From Bdellovibrionales bacterium (GTDB taxonomy: Bacteria; Bdellovibrionota; UBA1018; CAIMNF01), in the NCBI GenBank assembly GCA_947372355.1, contig CANBTI010000005.1, positions 103 to 64,102 on the forward strand: a stretch of 64,000 nt of DNA. The letters are read 5' to 3'. Under the pieces are notes generated by a model. That model made no database searches. It was given only the letters and a program-made list of their open reading frames with translations, and was not told where the DNA came from. Made by a program: the position numbers and the translations under genes. Below, in pieces: positions 1 to 10,159 of the stretch; the stretch's first letter is position 1; each line of letters starts with the position of its first letter.

Positions 1-1121
1 CGTGATTCAGAGCTCTCCAGTGATAATTGGAACGAGTAAATCAAACTATCTTTAATGCGCGCGAGATCGGCATTGGGCACACCGTCACGAGCCACCTTTT
101 TAAATTCTCTTTCAATCACCTTGATGGAATCTAAGATCTTATCCGGTTGCACGCCTGCATAAACAATAAATAGAGATGCATCTAAAAAATGAACCGCATT
201 CGCATACACAGAATAAGCCCATCCTTTTTTTTCACGAATCTGATCAAACAAAACAGAGCTCATCCCGCCACCTAAATATTGCTGAAGCATGATCGATGTC
301 ACTCGATCTTTCGAACCTTGAACTGGAGCAGGAATTCCATAAAGTAAATGGGCTTGCTCCGTATTGGAATTGATCCAGTTAAAACCAGATTCAGTTTTCG
401 AAGGAGGATCCACACCCCACTGCGCTTTTCTTTGAGGTTTTTTACGATTCGGCCAAGGTTTCGCTCCCAAATCAGCAAACTGTTTTTTTGCGCGTTCAAA
501 ACTCACTGCCCCCGAAATCGCTAAAACCATATTTTCTGGGCGATAATGTTGATAGAAAAAATTAAAAAGTTTTTTGCGAGTTACCGCAGTGATGCTTTCT
601 TTACTACCAAGAATTTGCCGAGCAAGCGGATGTTTTCCAAAATATTTTGCTAAATACTGATCAAAGCATTCTTCTTCGGGAGTTTCCTTCACCATTGCAA
701 TTTCTTGCAAAATCACTTGGCGTTCTTTCTCTACTTCTTTTGCAGCAAACAAAGGCTGATATAAAATTTCTTTTAAAAGATTGGAACCCAATTCCAATTC
801 ACGCGCTGGAAGATAAAAATGAAAACAAGTATGCTCACGACTCGTGAATGCATTAAAATCCCCACCCACTCGATCCACCGCTTTTGAGATATCTAAAGCT
901 CCGCGTTTCTTTCCACCCTTAAAAACCATGTGCTCTAGAAAATGGGAGAGTCCGGATGAGTCTAGGTCTTCATTTCTGGTTCCCGTTTTAACCCATGCAC
1001 CAATGGCGATCGACATTAACTGCGGTGCTTCATCCACAATGAGGGTGAGCCCATTAGGATAAATGATTTTTTTTACAACCTGGTTCACTGGATTATTCAC
1101 AGAAGTGTGCCCAACCTTCAT
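1..1121 (-). CDS. M16 (pitrilysin) family zinc peptidase, N-terminal ~373 aa; ORF continues beyond window start
   Basis: Uninterrupted minus-strand frame from ATG (rc of 1119-1121) to position 1; translation MKVGHTSVNNPVNQVVKKIIYPNGLTL... contains the inverted zinc motif HFLEHMVFKG (HxxEH) typical of M16 peptidases. It is missing from the ORF track only because it is truncated by the window edge. Confidence 0.7.
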   Translation of the reverse strand, partial: MKVGHTSVNNPVNQVVKKIIYPNGLTLIVDEAPQLMSIAIGAWVKTGTRNEDLDSSGLSHFLEHMVFKGGKKRGALDISKAVDRVGGDFNAFTSREHTCFHFYLPARELELGSNLLKEILYQPLFAAKEVEKERQVILQEIAMVKETPEEECFDQYLAKYFGKHPLARQILGSKESITAVTRKKLFNFFYQHYRPENMVLAISGAVSFERAKKQFADLGAKPWPNRKKPQRKAQWGVDPPSKTESGFNWINSNTEQAHLLYGIPAPVQGSKDRVTSIMLQQYLGGGMSSVLFDQIREKKGWAYSVYANAVHFLDASLFIVYAGVQPDKILDSIKVIEREFKKVARDGVPNADLARIKDSLIYSFQLSLESSES

Positions 1122-1142
1122 TCTATATGATAGAGAATAACA

Positions 1143-2066
1143 ATGGCAAAAAGCACCAAAAAAAAATCCAATTCGGATGAAGTTTTGCCAGTCCTCTATG
1201 AGCCGCAAAAGTCTGATCAATTAGTCAAAGCGAGCGATCCCCTCAAACGTTACATGCAAGAGATCAAGAACTCTCCTACCCTCACCGAGGAGCAGGAAGC
1301 TAATTTGGCCATGCGCATGCATGAAAAAGGGGATGTCCAGGCAGCTAAAATGCTGGTTTCCGCAAATCTTAAAAACGTAGTGCGGATCGCCTACGAATAT
1401 CGCTCGATGTACCACAATCTTCTCGATCTCATTCAAGAAGGAAACATCGGTTTAATGAAGGCCGTATCTAAGTTTGATCCCAACAAAGGGGCTCGTCTCG
1501 GCTACTATGCTACGTGGTGGATTCGCTCCTATATATTGAAGTACTTACTCGATAACTTCAGACTCGTTCGAGTGGGCACGACTCAAGCTCAAAAGCGCTT
1601 GTTTTATCATTTAATGAGGGAAAAACAGCGTTTAGAAGCTCAGGGAATTCCAGCAGCGGCCGCCCTACTTGCCCATAATCTCAATGTGAATGAAAAAGAC
1701 GTCGTAGAGATGCAACAGCGCCTACTGAGTTCAAAGGCAGAGGTTTCAATTGATGCCCCAACCTCTACAGGTGAACAAAACCATTCTCTTCTTAATTCTT
1801 TATTTGATTCAAGAGAAGGTGCGGAACAGGCGCTCGAGCGGGATGAATGGTTACAAATTCTTTCAAAGGAACTTCCGAGTTTTCAGAGAGAGCTGAATGA
1901 TAAGGAGAAAATGGTGCTCAATACCCGTCTCCTTGCAGAAGAGCCTAAAACCCTGCAAGAAGTGGCCGATGAATTCGGATTAACACGGGAGCGGGTGCGG
2001 CAAATAGAGACAAAGTTGATCGAAAAGCTCAGAAAAAAATTGGAACCTTACTTGAATTTGAAATAA
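1143..2066 (+). CDS. rpoH: RNA polymerase sigma factor, sigma-32 (RpoH)-like
   Basis: 307 aa with sigma-70 regions 2-4 (LIQEGNIGLMKAV, region 4 HTH LQEVADEFGLTRERVRQIE) and an RpoH-box-like QAQKRLFYHLMR between regions 2.4 and 3. Confidence 0.65.
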   Translation: MAKSTKKKSNSDEVLPVLYEPQKSDQLVKASDPLKRYMQEIKNSPTLTEEQEANLAMRMHEKGDVQAAKMLVSANLKNVVRIAYEYRSMYHNLLDLIQEGNIGLMKAVSKFDPNKGARLGYYATWWIRSYILKYLLDNFRLVRVGTTQAQKRLFYHLMREKQRLEAQGIPAAAALLAHNLNVNEKDVVEMQQRLLSSKAEVSIDAPTSTGEQNHSLLNSLFDSREGAEQALERDEWLQILSKELPSFQRELNDKEKMVLNTRLLAEEPKTLQEVADEFGLTRERVRQIETKLIEKLRKKLEPYLNLK

Positions 2067-2153
2067 GCGGTCGTAAAAACCTACTTTACACCCATAATTG
2101 ATTCGTGTTACCCAATTTAGACTAAAATAAAAATGAAATAAGGAACTCCATAC

Positions 2154-2444
2154 ATGCAAATGGGAACGACTCGCAAAACAGAAGCGAAAGAAAAAATAGC
2201 ACAAATCGTAAAAGCTTTCGGTAAAACCGAAACTAACACTGGATCTACTGAATCACAGATCGCTTTGATCACTGATCGTATTAATTCACTTCATCCACAC
2301 TTTGAAAAACATAAAAAAGACAACCACTCTCGTCGTGGTCTTTTAAAACTTGTAGGCCAACGCCGTAAGCTTTTGAAGTATCTTCAAGCTAAAGATGAAG
2401 GCAGCTACAAACAAATTCTAGTGAAACTAGAACTTCGTAAATAA
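2154..2444 (+). CDS. rpsO: 30S ribosomal protein S15
   Basis: About 90-aa protein with S15 signature (SQIALITDRINSLHPHFEKHKKDNHSRRGLLKLVGQRRKLLKYL); classical position immediately upstream of pnp. Confidence 0.9.
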   Translation: MQMGTTRKTEAKEKIAQIVKAFGKTETNTGSTESQIALITDRINSLHPHFEKHKKDNHSRRGLLKLVGQRRKLLKYLQAKDEGSYKQILVKLELRK

Positions 2445-2458
2445 TTTTAAATCTTATT

Positions 2459-2534
2459 TCGAGGCACGTGTACTTGACGCTCAACCTAGCGGTTGAAGCA
2501 ACTCCGAAAGGAATATCAAGTCACTGTGCCTCGA
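2459..2534 (+). promoter_or_regulatory. Long irregular stem-loop in rpsO-pnp intergenic region (candidate RNase III processing / pnp autoregulatory leader and partial rpsO terminator)
   Basis: tcgaggcacgtg-t-acttga (2459-2477) pairs with tcaagt-cac-t-gtgcctcga (2516-2534), giving about 18 bp with two 1-nt bulges. The internal loop can fold further (gctcaacc/ggttgaagc), and the stem is followed by ttagttttatc. Confidence 0.45.
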
Positions 2535-2622
2535 TTAGTTTTATCTATACGCCATAGGTGTATCTACAACTTACCAAACATCATCACCTAATACAGGTGA
2601 CCATCATTTAAAGGAAAACATT

Positions 2623-4830
2623 ATGAACATTCAAACTGTCAGCATGGAACTCGGCGGAAAAAAACTTACGCTTGAAACCGGCAAAATGGCAAAACAAGCA
2701 GATGCCTCTGTTTACGTTTCTTACGGCGATACTCGCGTACTCGTAACAGCTTGCTCTGCAAAAGATCCAAAACCAGGCATTGATTTCATGCCACTCACTG
2801 TTGAATACGCAGAACGTTTTTACGCTGCTGGAAAAATTCCTGGAAGTTTTCCTAAACGTGAAGGACGCCCAACTACAGAAGCAACTCTTGCTGCTCGTAT
2901 GATTGATCGCCCGAATCGCCCACTTTTCCCTGAAGGCTATCATCACGATACACAAGTGATTGCTACCATCATGTCACTCGATCACGAAGGTGATGCAGAA
3001 GTGGCAGCATCGATTGGTGCAGGCGCAGCTCTTCATATTTCTAACATTCCATTCAATGGCCCAACTGCAATGGTAAAAATCGGACGCATCGGTGGCCAAT
3101 ACATCGTGAATCCAAGCTGGAAACAGCTCCAAGAAGAAAGCGATATGGAAATCGTTGTTTCTGGAACGAAGAACGCGATCATGATGGTAGAAGGAATGGC
3201 GAAAGAAGTTCCTGAAGATCAAGTTTTGGAAGCGATCTTAAAAGGCCACGAAGAAATTAAAAAAGTTTGCGCATTAATCGAAGACCTTCGCAAAAAAGCT
3301 GGAGTTGAAAAACGTGCTTTTACTCCTGTAGAAACCAATGCTGATCTATTGAAAAAAGTAGAGTCTCAAGCAAAAGAACTTCTAATTAAATCACTTAAAA
3401 CTAAAGAAAAACAAGAACGTTATAAACTTGCTGGTGAAGCAAAAGAAAAAACTCTTGCTGCTCTCGTTCCAGCATCTTTAAAAGATTCTGATCCTACTGC
3501 CTATGCAACTCAATCAGGCGAAGTGAAACGTTACTTCGAACTTGTTCAATTCAACCTCATGCGTGAGATGATCTTAACTGATAAAATCCGCATCGATGGA
3601 CGTAACTCTACTACGATTCGTAACATCACTGTTGAAGCTGGATTACTTCCAAAAGTTCACGGAAGTTCTCTCTTCACTCGTGGTGAAACTCAAGTACTTG
3701 CTGCAGTTACTTTGGGAACTGCGGATGATGAACAAATCATCGATAGCATTTACGTGAATACAATGAAGAAATTCATGCTTCACTACAATTTCCCTCCATA
3801 CTCTGTAGGTGAAACTGGCCGTTTCGGCGGACAATCTCGTCGTGAAATTGGTCACGGTGCTTTGGCTGAACGTTCAATTGAAGCGATGATGCCGAAACAC
3901 GAAGCATTCCCTTACACGATCCGTATCGTGTGTGAAACTCTTGAATCTAACGGTTCATCTTCTATGGGATCAGTTTGTTCTGCTTCCATGGCATTGATGG
4001 ATGCCGGTGTTCCTTATCCAAAACCAGTTGCAGGAATTGCAATGGGATTAATCAAAGAAGGAAGTCGCATCGCGATTCTTTCCGATATCTTAGGTGATGA
4101 AGATCACTTAGGCGATATGGATTTCAAAGTTGCCGGAACTAAAGACGGGATCACTGGAATTCAAATGGATATTAAAATTGAAGGTGTAGATGGAAACATC
4201 ATGAAAACCGCTCTTAGCCAAGCTAACCAAGGCCGTATTCATATTCTTGGTGAAATGTCTAAAGCGATCAGCACTGCACGTGATGATCTTAACGACAACG
4301 CTCCTCGCATTACTTCTATTAAAATTCCTACCGATCGTATCGGTGAGATCATTGGACCAAGCGGTAAAATGATTAAATCAATCGTTGCTGCTACTGGCGC
4401 GAAAGTGAATATTGATGACGATGGAACTTGTAACGTTTCTTCTTCTGATGGAGAAGCGGCGAAAAAAGCAATCGAGATGATTCGCAATATTTTAGCGGAT
4501 GTTGAAGTTGGACAAGTTTACAAAGGTCTTGTGAAAAAAATCACTGACTTCGGAGCATTCGTTGGATTACTTCCAAACAAAGATGGATTACTCCATATTT
4601 CTGAAATTGATTACAAACGCATCAACAACGTTACCGATGTACTTAAAGAAGGTGATGAAGTGGAAGTGAAAGTTCTTGAAGTGGACAGCATGGGTAAGAT
4701 TCGTCTTTCTCGTAAAGCACTTCTTCCAATTCCAGAAGGTTATGTACCACCTGCACCGCGTGAACCACGTCCTCAAGGCGACCGTGGTGACCGTGGCGGA
4801 CGCGGCGGTCCACAAAGACCACGCAATTAG
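2623..4830 (+). CDS. pnp: Polynucleotide phosphorylase (PNPase) with KH and S1 domains and an Arg/Gly-rich C-terminal tail
   Basis: 735 aa; two RNase PH-like domains, KH (IGEIIGPSGKMIKSI), S1 (VGQVYKGLVKKITDFGAFV); tail PAPREPRPQGDRGDRGGRGGPQRPRN. Confidence 0.95.
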   Translation: MNIQTVSMELGGKKLTLETGKMAKQADASVYVSYGDTRVLVTACSAKDPKPGIDFMPLTVEYAERFYAAGKIPGSFPKREGRPTTEATLAARMIDRPNRPLFPEGYHHDTQVIATIMSLDHEGDAEVAASIGAGAALHISNIPFNGPTAMVKIGRIGGQYIVNPSWKQLQEESDMEIVVSGTKNAIMMVEGMAKEVPEDQVLEAILKGHEEIKKVCALIEDLRKKAGVEKRAFTPVETNADLLKKVESQAKELLIKSLKTKEKQERYKLAGEAKEKTLAALVPASLKDSDPTAYATQSGEVKRYFELVQFNLMREMILTDKIRIDGRNSTTIRNITVEAGLLPKVHGSSLFTRGETQVLAAVTLGTADDEQIIDSIYVNTMKKFMLHYNFPPYSVGETGRFGGQSRREIGHGALAERSIEAMMPKHEAFPYTIRIVCETLESNGSSSMGSVCSASMALMDAGVPYPKPVAGIAMGLIKEGSRIAILSDILGDEDHLGDMDFKVAGTKDGITGIQMDIKIEGVDGNIMKTALSQANQGRIHILGEMSKAISTARDDLNDNAPRITSIKIPTDRIGEIIGPSGKMIKSIVAATGAKVNIDDDGTCNVSSSDGEAAKKAIEMIRNILADVEVGQVYKGLVKKITDFGAFVGLLPNKDGLLHISEIDYKRINNVTDVLKEGDEVEVKVLEVDSMGKIRLSRKALLPIPEGYVPPAPREPRPQGDRGDRGGRGGPQRPRN

Positions 4831-4860
4831 TCACAAATAATCCTCTATAATTATTACAAA

Positions 4861-4898
4861 AAGGAGCCAAATTGATACCAATTTGGCTCCTTTTTTAT
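4861..4898 (+). terminator. Rho-independent terminator after pnp
   Basis: ggagccaaatt (4863-4873) / aatttggctcc (4880-4890) 11-bp stem followed by tttttta. Confidence 0.7.
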
Positions 4899-5049
4899 TT
4901 ATTTCATATTTAATAAGTGCCTTAAATTTATATGCACTGCATCAAGTCGATGAAAAATCACATGATTTGTTTGCGTCAAAATTCTTATATTTATTTTGAC
5001 TATTGTCTCGGATTTGTTCAGTTTGATATCAACCAAGGGGGTTATTTAA

Positions 5050-5919
5050 ATGAAAAAGTTACTAACAGCATCAATTCTTACTATCGTTCTTCAAACTTCT
5101 GCGTACGCGCAATCCAGTTCAGCAGTGACTGCTCCAGCAGCATCTGCAAATGAAACGGGCGGACCGGCAGCTGCAACCAGCACTGCTGCTGCTCCTAAAA
5201 AATCACTCATCAACATTAAATATGTTGGTGTGTATGAAGGCCCGAACTTTACCTCTGATGGTAATAACATGCATGGCGACGATACCTCAGTGAGCAATCG
5301 TCCAACTCTTCAAGCTAACTTGGCTGATAACATCAATGCAGGTTTGCAAACTCGTATCAATACTGCTTTCACTAAAGATGGTATTAAAGCGGCAAATGAA
5401 ACTTGGCGCTTATATGGAACTTTTAAAAACGTAGCATCTTACGGAATTTTGAGCTTAGACCTCATTCCACGCATCATGCTTCCAACTTCTAAAAGCAATC
5501 ACAATAAAACCATGACTTTGAGTCCGGAATTAATCGCGGCAATTAACATCAATCCTAAAGATTCACGTTTTAGCTTAGACTACTCTCCACAAATGCTTGG
5601 CTATATTTATAGCGATAACAACGTTGCAACTGCAGCAAATGCAAAGTCTTTTATCCTATTACACAATATCGAAGGAACTTATCAATTAGGAGCTAGCTCT
5701 CAGCTTACTTTTGGTTGGTACCCTGAATACAACGTTGGAAAAACAACTAAATTCACTAACGACAGTAATGAAGTAGATGTTGGCGTGAACTTTGATGTTG
5801 CTAAAGGTTGGGCAATCAATCCATACGTAGGCATTGAACCAGTTGGATTAGGAAAAGACGGAGCAAGCGCTCTAAAAAGTATGGAAGCTGCTCTAGTGGT
5901 TTCTGGAACTTTCCTCTAA
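5050..5919 (+). CDS. Secreted protein, likely outer-membrane beta-barrel
   Basis: Signal peptide MKKLLTASILTIVLQTSAYA; Ala/Thr-rich linker; alternating hydrophobic pattern to C-terminal ...VVSGTFL; own terminator downstream. Confidence 0.55.
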   Translation: MKKLLTASILTIVLQTSAYAQSSSAVTAPAASANETGGPAAATSTAAAPKKSLINIKYVGVYEGPNFTSDGNNMHGDDTSVSNRPTLQANLADNINAGLQTRINTAFTKDGIKAANETWRLYGTFKNVASYGILSLDLIPRIMLPTSKSNHNKTMTLSPELIAAININPKDSRFSLDYSPQMLGYIYSDNNVATAANAKSFILLHNIEGTYQLGASSQLTFGWYPEYNVGKTTKFTNDSNEVDVGVNFDVAKGWAINPYVGIEPVGLGKDGASALKSMEAALVVSGTFL

Positions 5920-5945
5920 TTCAAAAAATAGATCGTCAAATTTTA

Positions 5946-5986
5946 AACACTCGCTTGAAACAATTCAAGCGAGTGTTTTTTTTTGC
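5946..5986 (+). terminator. Rho-independent terminator
   Basis: aacactcgcttgaa / ttcaagcgagtgtt perfect 14-bp stem followed by T9. Confidence 0.75.
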
Positions 5987-6016
5987 TCTTTAGCTACGAG
6001 ATGTTAACCTTAATCT

Positions 6017-7009
6017 ATGTCGGAACATTGGTTTCTAGATCTAGACGGAGTTAGATCAGGACCTTACCAAACAAGTGAAGTCATGAGCTTGGTCGCTGAG
6101 GGAGAAATTCTTCCTCATCATCAAATTGCAACTGATCTAAAAAGTCAGAAGTGGATGACTATATTAGAATGGCGTCTCAATCAAAATAGAAATGCTGAAC
6201 CGAAAAAAGAATTCATTCCTGAAAAAGTTTCAGAAACGCCTAAAACTCAACCAATTGTACCACCGGTAGAACCAATTGAATCTATTCAACTGGAAGAAAA
6301 AGAAGAGTTACAAAAATTTGTAAAAGAAGTTCGAACACCTCCACCGATTGCCTCAAAACCAAAAAGCAAACGGGATCCAATGGCAGAAATGTTTGATATC
6401 CTTCAAAACACAAAGCAAAAACGTGAAGTAAAATCACAACAGTCTCACGCTCAGGCACACTCACAATCTCAAGCAGCTCCCAAAAACCATGTTCCTAACA
6501 TTGTAGAAAAAATACCGGCAACAAAAAGTAACTTAGGTAAAACTATTTTTATTGGTTTGATCATCACTATTTTTGGGTTTGCATTAGGACAACTGTTTCA
6601 ACAAAAGAAATCTTCTGATTCTTTAACCGCCGATACTCAAAATATCTCAAAAACAGTAACCACAACTCCCTCTACACCAGCCCCTGTAAGCACGCCGGAA
6701 CAAATGGGCACCGTGGATCGCAGTACTGAAAAAATGACCATTCGAGCACAAGTGCCTGTACAAGCTGCAGCCACCCCGAGTCCTACTCCTGAACACACGA
6801 AAGACATTCAGGAACTCAGAGATCTCAAAAAAGAGTTATTGGAGCTAAAGGCTTTAAAAGAGGAAATGCACAATAATAACGACTCTGGTCATATGGGCAA
6901 TACTCCAAGATCTAGTGATTCAAATCCTGAAGTTGATTTAAACGCTGAAGATGCCCCAGTGGACTCAAACGGTAATCCAGTAAATCCATCAAACGACGTT
7001 CATTATTAA
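6017..7009 (+). CDS. Membrane protein with N-terminal GYF-like (DUF4339-type) domain and low-complexity Pro/Thr/Ser-rich regions
   Basis: HWFLDLDGVRSGPYQTSEV...QKWMTILEW motif; one TM helix (IFIGLIITIFGFALGQLF); low-complexity tails. Confidence 0.5.
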   Translation: MSEHWFLDLDGVRSGPYQTSEVMSLVAEGEILPHHQIATDLKSQKWMTILEWRLNQNRNAEPKKEFIPEKVSETPKTQPIVPPVEPIESIQLEEKEELQKFVKEVRTPPPIASKPKSKRDPMAEMFDILQNTKQKREVKSQQSHAQAHSQSQAAPKNHVPNIVEKIPATKSNLGKTIFIGLIITIFGFALGQLFQQKKSSDSLTADTQNISKTVTTTPSTPAPVSTPEQMGTVDRSTEKMTIRAQVPVQAAATPSPTPEHTKDIQELRDLKKELLELKALKEEMHNNNDSGHMGNTPRSSDSNPEVDLNAEDAPVDSNGNPVNPSNDVHY

Positions 7010-7039
7010 CGCAAAGCACGTTGACGATCTTCTCAACTC

Positions 7040-7651
7040 TTGAGAAACCTTTATGACATGTTAATTAGTTTTGAAGGAACAGAAGGCTGTGGAAAATCCA
7101 CCCTGATCCGAAATCTTTTAAAAAAATTGGGCAAAGCGAAAATCAAGGCGATCGCCACACGTGAGCCAGGTGGATCACCTGTTGCCGAAAAAATTCGCGA
7201 AATCATTTTAAACAATGAAATGGATCCCCTCACCGAGCTTTTTTTATATGAATCCGCTCGTGCAGAACATTTTGAGAAAATAATTGCTCCTGCACTCAAA
7301 ACGAAAAAAATCGTACTCTGTGATCGATTCATAGATTCCACCATTGCCTATCAGGGCTTTGCGCGTGGATTAAAACTTCCGATGATTGAAACCTTAAATA
7401 AATTGGCAACTCATCATCGCGCACCAGATCTGACTTTCTTCCTAGATCTTCCAGTCGAAGAAGGACTTGCACGAGCTACCGATCCCAATAAATTTGAAAA
7501 AGCAGGAATTGAATTTCAGAAAAAGGTTCGTAAAGGATTTTTGTACTCGATTAAAAAAAATAAAAAACGTTGGAAAGTGATCTCCGTAAAAAACAAAACT
7601 CCAGATGAAGTGACTGAAGAAGTTTTTCAAATCATTGTGAAAAAATTATGA
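7040..7651 (+). CDS. tmk: Thymidylate kinase
   Basis: P-loop ISFEGTEGCGKST, DRFIDSTIAYQG LID/substrate region; about 200 aa. Confidence 0.85.
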   Translation: MRNLYDMLISFEGTEGCGKSTLIRNLLKKLGKAKIKAIATREPGGSPVAEKIREIILNNEMDPLTELFLYESARAEHFEKIIAPALKTKKIVLCDRFIDSTIAYQGFARGLKLPMIETLNKLATHHRAPDLTFFLDLPVEEGLARATDPNKFEKAGIEFQKKVRKGFLYSIKKNKKRWKVISVKNKTPDEVTEEVFQIIVKKL

Positions 7652-8673
7652 AGTCCACCCTTCCTATTGCTCCAGCAATTTTATCCGCGCATGAAGATAA
7701 GTTTATCAACTTGATCGAAAAATATGAGCGCCAACAAAAAATTCATCCCACACTTTTAATCACTGGTTTAGATGGAGTTGGTAAAAGAAGTATGGTTCTT
7801 CAATTGATTCAAAAACTTTTTTGTGATCAACCTGGAAAATCGTTGGAAGCTTGTGGAAATTGTAAATCCTGTAAACGGGCACTTTCTAGTCAGTGGCTTG
7901 ATCTTTATTGGTTAGAACCCGAAACCGGTGATGATGATACAAAACTTGGAACCCACAAGATTGAAGCATTTCGTGAATTAAAAACAAAAATGGGTCTTGG
8001 TCCGATGGAAGAGCCGTTTAAGGTGGTGGTGATTACCAATGCCGATCGAATGACCCTTCAGGCGGCAAATTCAATTCTTAAAACTTTAGAAGAACCACCA
8101 GCGAATTGGATTTTTATTCTTACGGCAACTGATGCATCTCGCTTATTACCCACTATCCTCTCCAGATGCATGGAAATAAAATTGCGTCCTCTTGAATCAA
8201 GAGAGGTTTATACTATTTTACAGCAGATCCAAGGTGCAGAATTTCAATCGTCTAAAGCAAGATTTGCTTCCCGCGCCTCTGAAGGAAGTATCTCCAGAGC
8301 ACAATACTTTATGGAGGATGAAACCTGGAAAGTGCGCGATCAACTTCTGGGGTTTTTAAGTAATCCAGCATCCGAATGGATGAAGCTCATTGAACAACTC
8401 TCTAGTAGCCAAAGAGCGCTTCAATTGAGCTTAGATATTATTGAATCTTTATTCATGGATTTATTAAAATCCTCTATTGAATCAGATTACGCTTGGGTTA
8501 ATGAAGATCAAAAAGAGTTTCTACTTCAGTGGCAAGAATCAAAAAAAATATCCTCCCAAAAAATTGTTGAAGTACTCACGCAAATTGCTGAAAAACGCCC
8601 CTTCATTACCCTAACACTCAATTCTAAATTACTCGCTCAAGAGAGTCTCATCCCCATTTTAGGAATGTTATGA
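7648..8673 (+). CDS. holB: DNA polymerase III delta-prime subunit
   Basis: AAA+ clamp-loader fold (GLDGVGKRS, zinc module CGNCKSCK, SRC-like TILSRC); ATGA overlap with tmk. Confidence 0.75.
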   Translation: MKSTLPIAPAILSAHEDKFINLIEKYERQQKIHPTLLITGLDGVGKRSMVLQLIQKLFCDQPGKSLEACGNCKSCKRALSSQWLDLYWLEPETGDDDTKLGTHKIEAFRELKTKMGLGPMEEPFKVVVITNADRMTLQAANSILKTLEEPPANWIFILTATDASRLLPTILSRCMEIKLRPLESREVYTILQQIQGAEFQSSKARFASRASEGSISRAQYFMEDETWKVRDQLLGFLSNPASEWMKLIEQLSSSQRALQLSLDIIESLFMDLLKSSIESDYAWVNEDQKEFLLQWQESKKISSQKIVEVLTQIAEKRPFITLTLNSKLLAQESLIPILGML

Positions 8674-9365
8674 TTGAGCTAAAAGACATTGAAGTTAAAT
8701 TCAAAGAACGAATGATTTTTGAGTGTGTGAATCTTCATGTTCAAGCAAAAACCTCATTAGCGATTATTGGTCCTTCTGGATCTGGAAAAAGCGTTTTACT
8801 AAAGTTGATTGCAGGATTGATTTGGCCCAGCCATGGTGAGGTAAAAGTAAATTCAGAAAAAGTGAGCATGCTTTTTCAAAAGAATGCTCTTTTTGATTCT
8901 TATACACTTCTAGAAAACTTGCTTGTTCCACTGGCAGAAACTATTGGAATCCATGGTGAAGAAGCAATTGAAAGATCGATGGTAATGTTAACGGCCGTGG
9001 GTTTGGATCAATCAGCAAAGCTTTATCCAGATGAAATCTCCGGAGGAATGCAAAAGCGTCTGGGGATTGCTCGTGCACTCATCATTGAACCAGAAGTGAT
9101 TTTATACGATGAACCAACAGCAGGATTAGATCCTATCACCTCTCGTTCGATTGCCGATTTGATGATTAAGCTTCAAGAAATGAATAAAACCACCATGGTA
9201 ATGGTGACCAATGATTTACAACGTGCCTATCAAGTTGCGGATCTCATCGCATTTTGTGATCACAAAAACATTAATGTGATCGGCACCCCTGAAGAATTAA
9301 AAAACACAAATGATACAGAACTGAGAAGATTCATCTACTCCAATGCATTGGGGAGTAATTCATGA
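8670..9365 (+). CDS. ABC transporter ATP-binding protein, MlaF-like (subunit 1: consensus signature, H-loop His replaced by Asn)
   Basis: Walker A GPSGSGKS, signature ISGGMQKR, Walker B ILYDEPTAGLD, H-loop position MVMVTNDL. Confidence 0.8.
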   Translation: MIELKDIEVKFKERMIFECVNLHVQAKTSLAIIGPSGSGKSVLLKLIAGLIWPSHGEVKVNSEKVSMLFQKNALFDSYTLLENLLVPLAETIGIHGEEAIERSMVMLTAVGLDQSAKLYPDEISGGMQKRLGIARALIIEPEVILYDEPTAGLDPITSRSIADLMIKLQEMNKTTMVMVTNDLQRAYQVADLIAFCDHKNINVIGTPEELKNTNDTELRRFIYSNALGSNS

Positions 9366-10159
9366 GTATTCGATTTGATCATGTTTCAAAAAAGTTTGGT
9401 CCCAAACAAATTTTAGATGATGTTTCATTCGAAGTGAAGCGTGGGGAAATTCTATTTATTTTAGGTAAAAGCGGGATGGGTAAATCAGTAACCCTAAAAC
9501 ACATCATTGGTGTATTTGCTCCCGACGCCGGAAATATCTTTGTGGATGATTATGAAGTGAGTGCGATGAACACTCGCGAGAGAATAGACGAACTCACCCT
9601 TGTTCGCCAGCGCTGCGGAATGGTATTCCAGCATCCTGCACTACTAGATTCACTCACCAATTATGAAAACATTGCTTTCGGCTTAAGATCTCAGCAGTAT
9701 CAGAAAAAAATTGGTAAAAAATTAAGTGAAGATGAAATTCACGAACTCGTTTTAGAAAAATTATCTCTCGTGCATTTAGATCAAGAGATTCTCTCCCTCT
9801 TCCCTCATGAAGTTTCATACGGCGTTCAAAAGCGGGTTTCGATGGCTAGAACTTTAGCCCCAGGTCCTGAATATTTGTTATTTGATGAACCCACCACTGG
9901 ATTAGATCCTCTCAGTACTAGTTCTATTAATGAATTAATCTTTGAGCTTTCTAGAAAACTAAAAGTAACCAGCATCATCGTTTCTCACGATATGGCCTGT
10001 GCACTTTCCATAGCAGATCAAATTTTATTCTTAGATCAAGGAAAAATTTTACTCATCGCCCCTCCCAAAGATGTTGTGAATAGCACCATTCCATTGGTTC
10101 AAGATTTCTTTAAAGAAACGATGGCCCTGCTTCCTCCTAATTGGAGCATTAAAACATGA
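9362..10159 (+). CDS. ABC transporter ATP-binding protein, MlaF-like (subunit 2: degenerate signature, intact H-loop)
   Basis: Walker A GKSGMGKS, signature position VSYGVQKRVS (no LSGG), Walker B LLFDEPTTGLD, H-loop IIVSHDM. Confidence 0.75.
   Translation: MSIRFDHVSKKFGPKQILDDVSFEVKRGEILFILGKSGMGKSVTLKHIIGVFAPDAGNIFVDDYEVSAMNTRERIDELTLVRQRCGMVFQHPALLDSLTNYENIAFGLRSQQYQKKIGKKLSEDEIHELVLEKLSLVHLDQEILSLFPHEVSYGVQKRVSMARTLAPGPEYLLFDEPTTGLDPLSTSSINELIFELSRKLKVTSIIVSHDMACALSIADQILFLDQGKILLIAPPKDVVNSTIPLVQDFFKETMALLPPNWSIKT

Noticed and set aside
2608-2955. Minus-strand ORFs inside pnp, aspS, sucA, glpD etc. (e.g. 2608..2955, 2974..3222, 19804..20133)
   Set aside because: Embedded antisense ORFs within strongly supported conserved genes; no independent signals.
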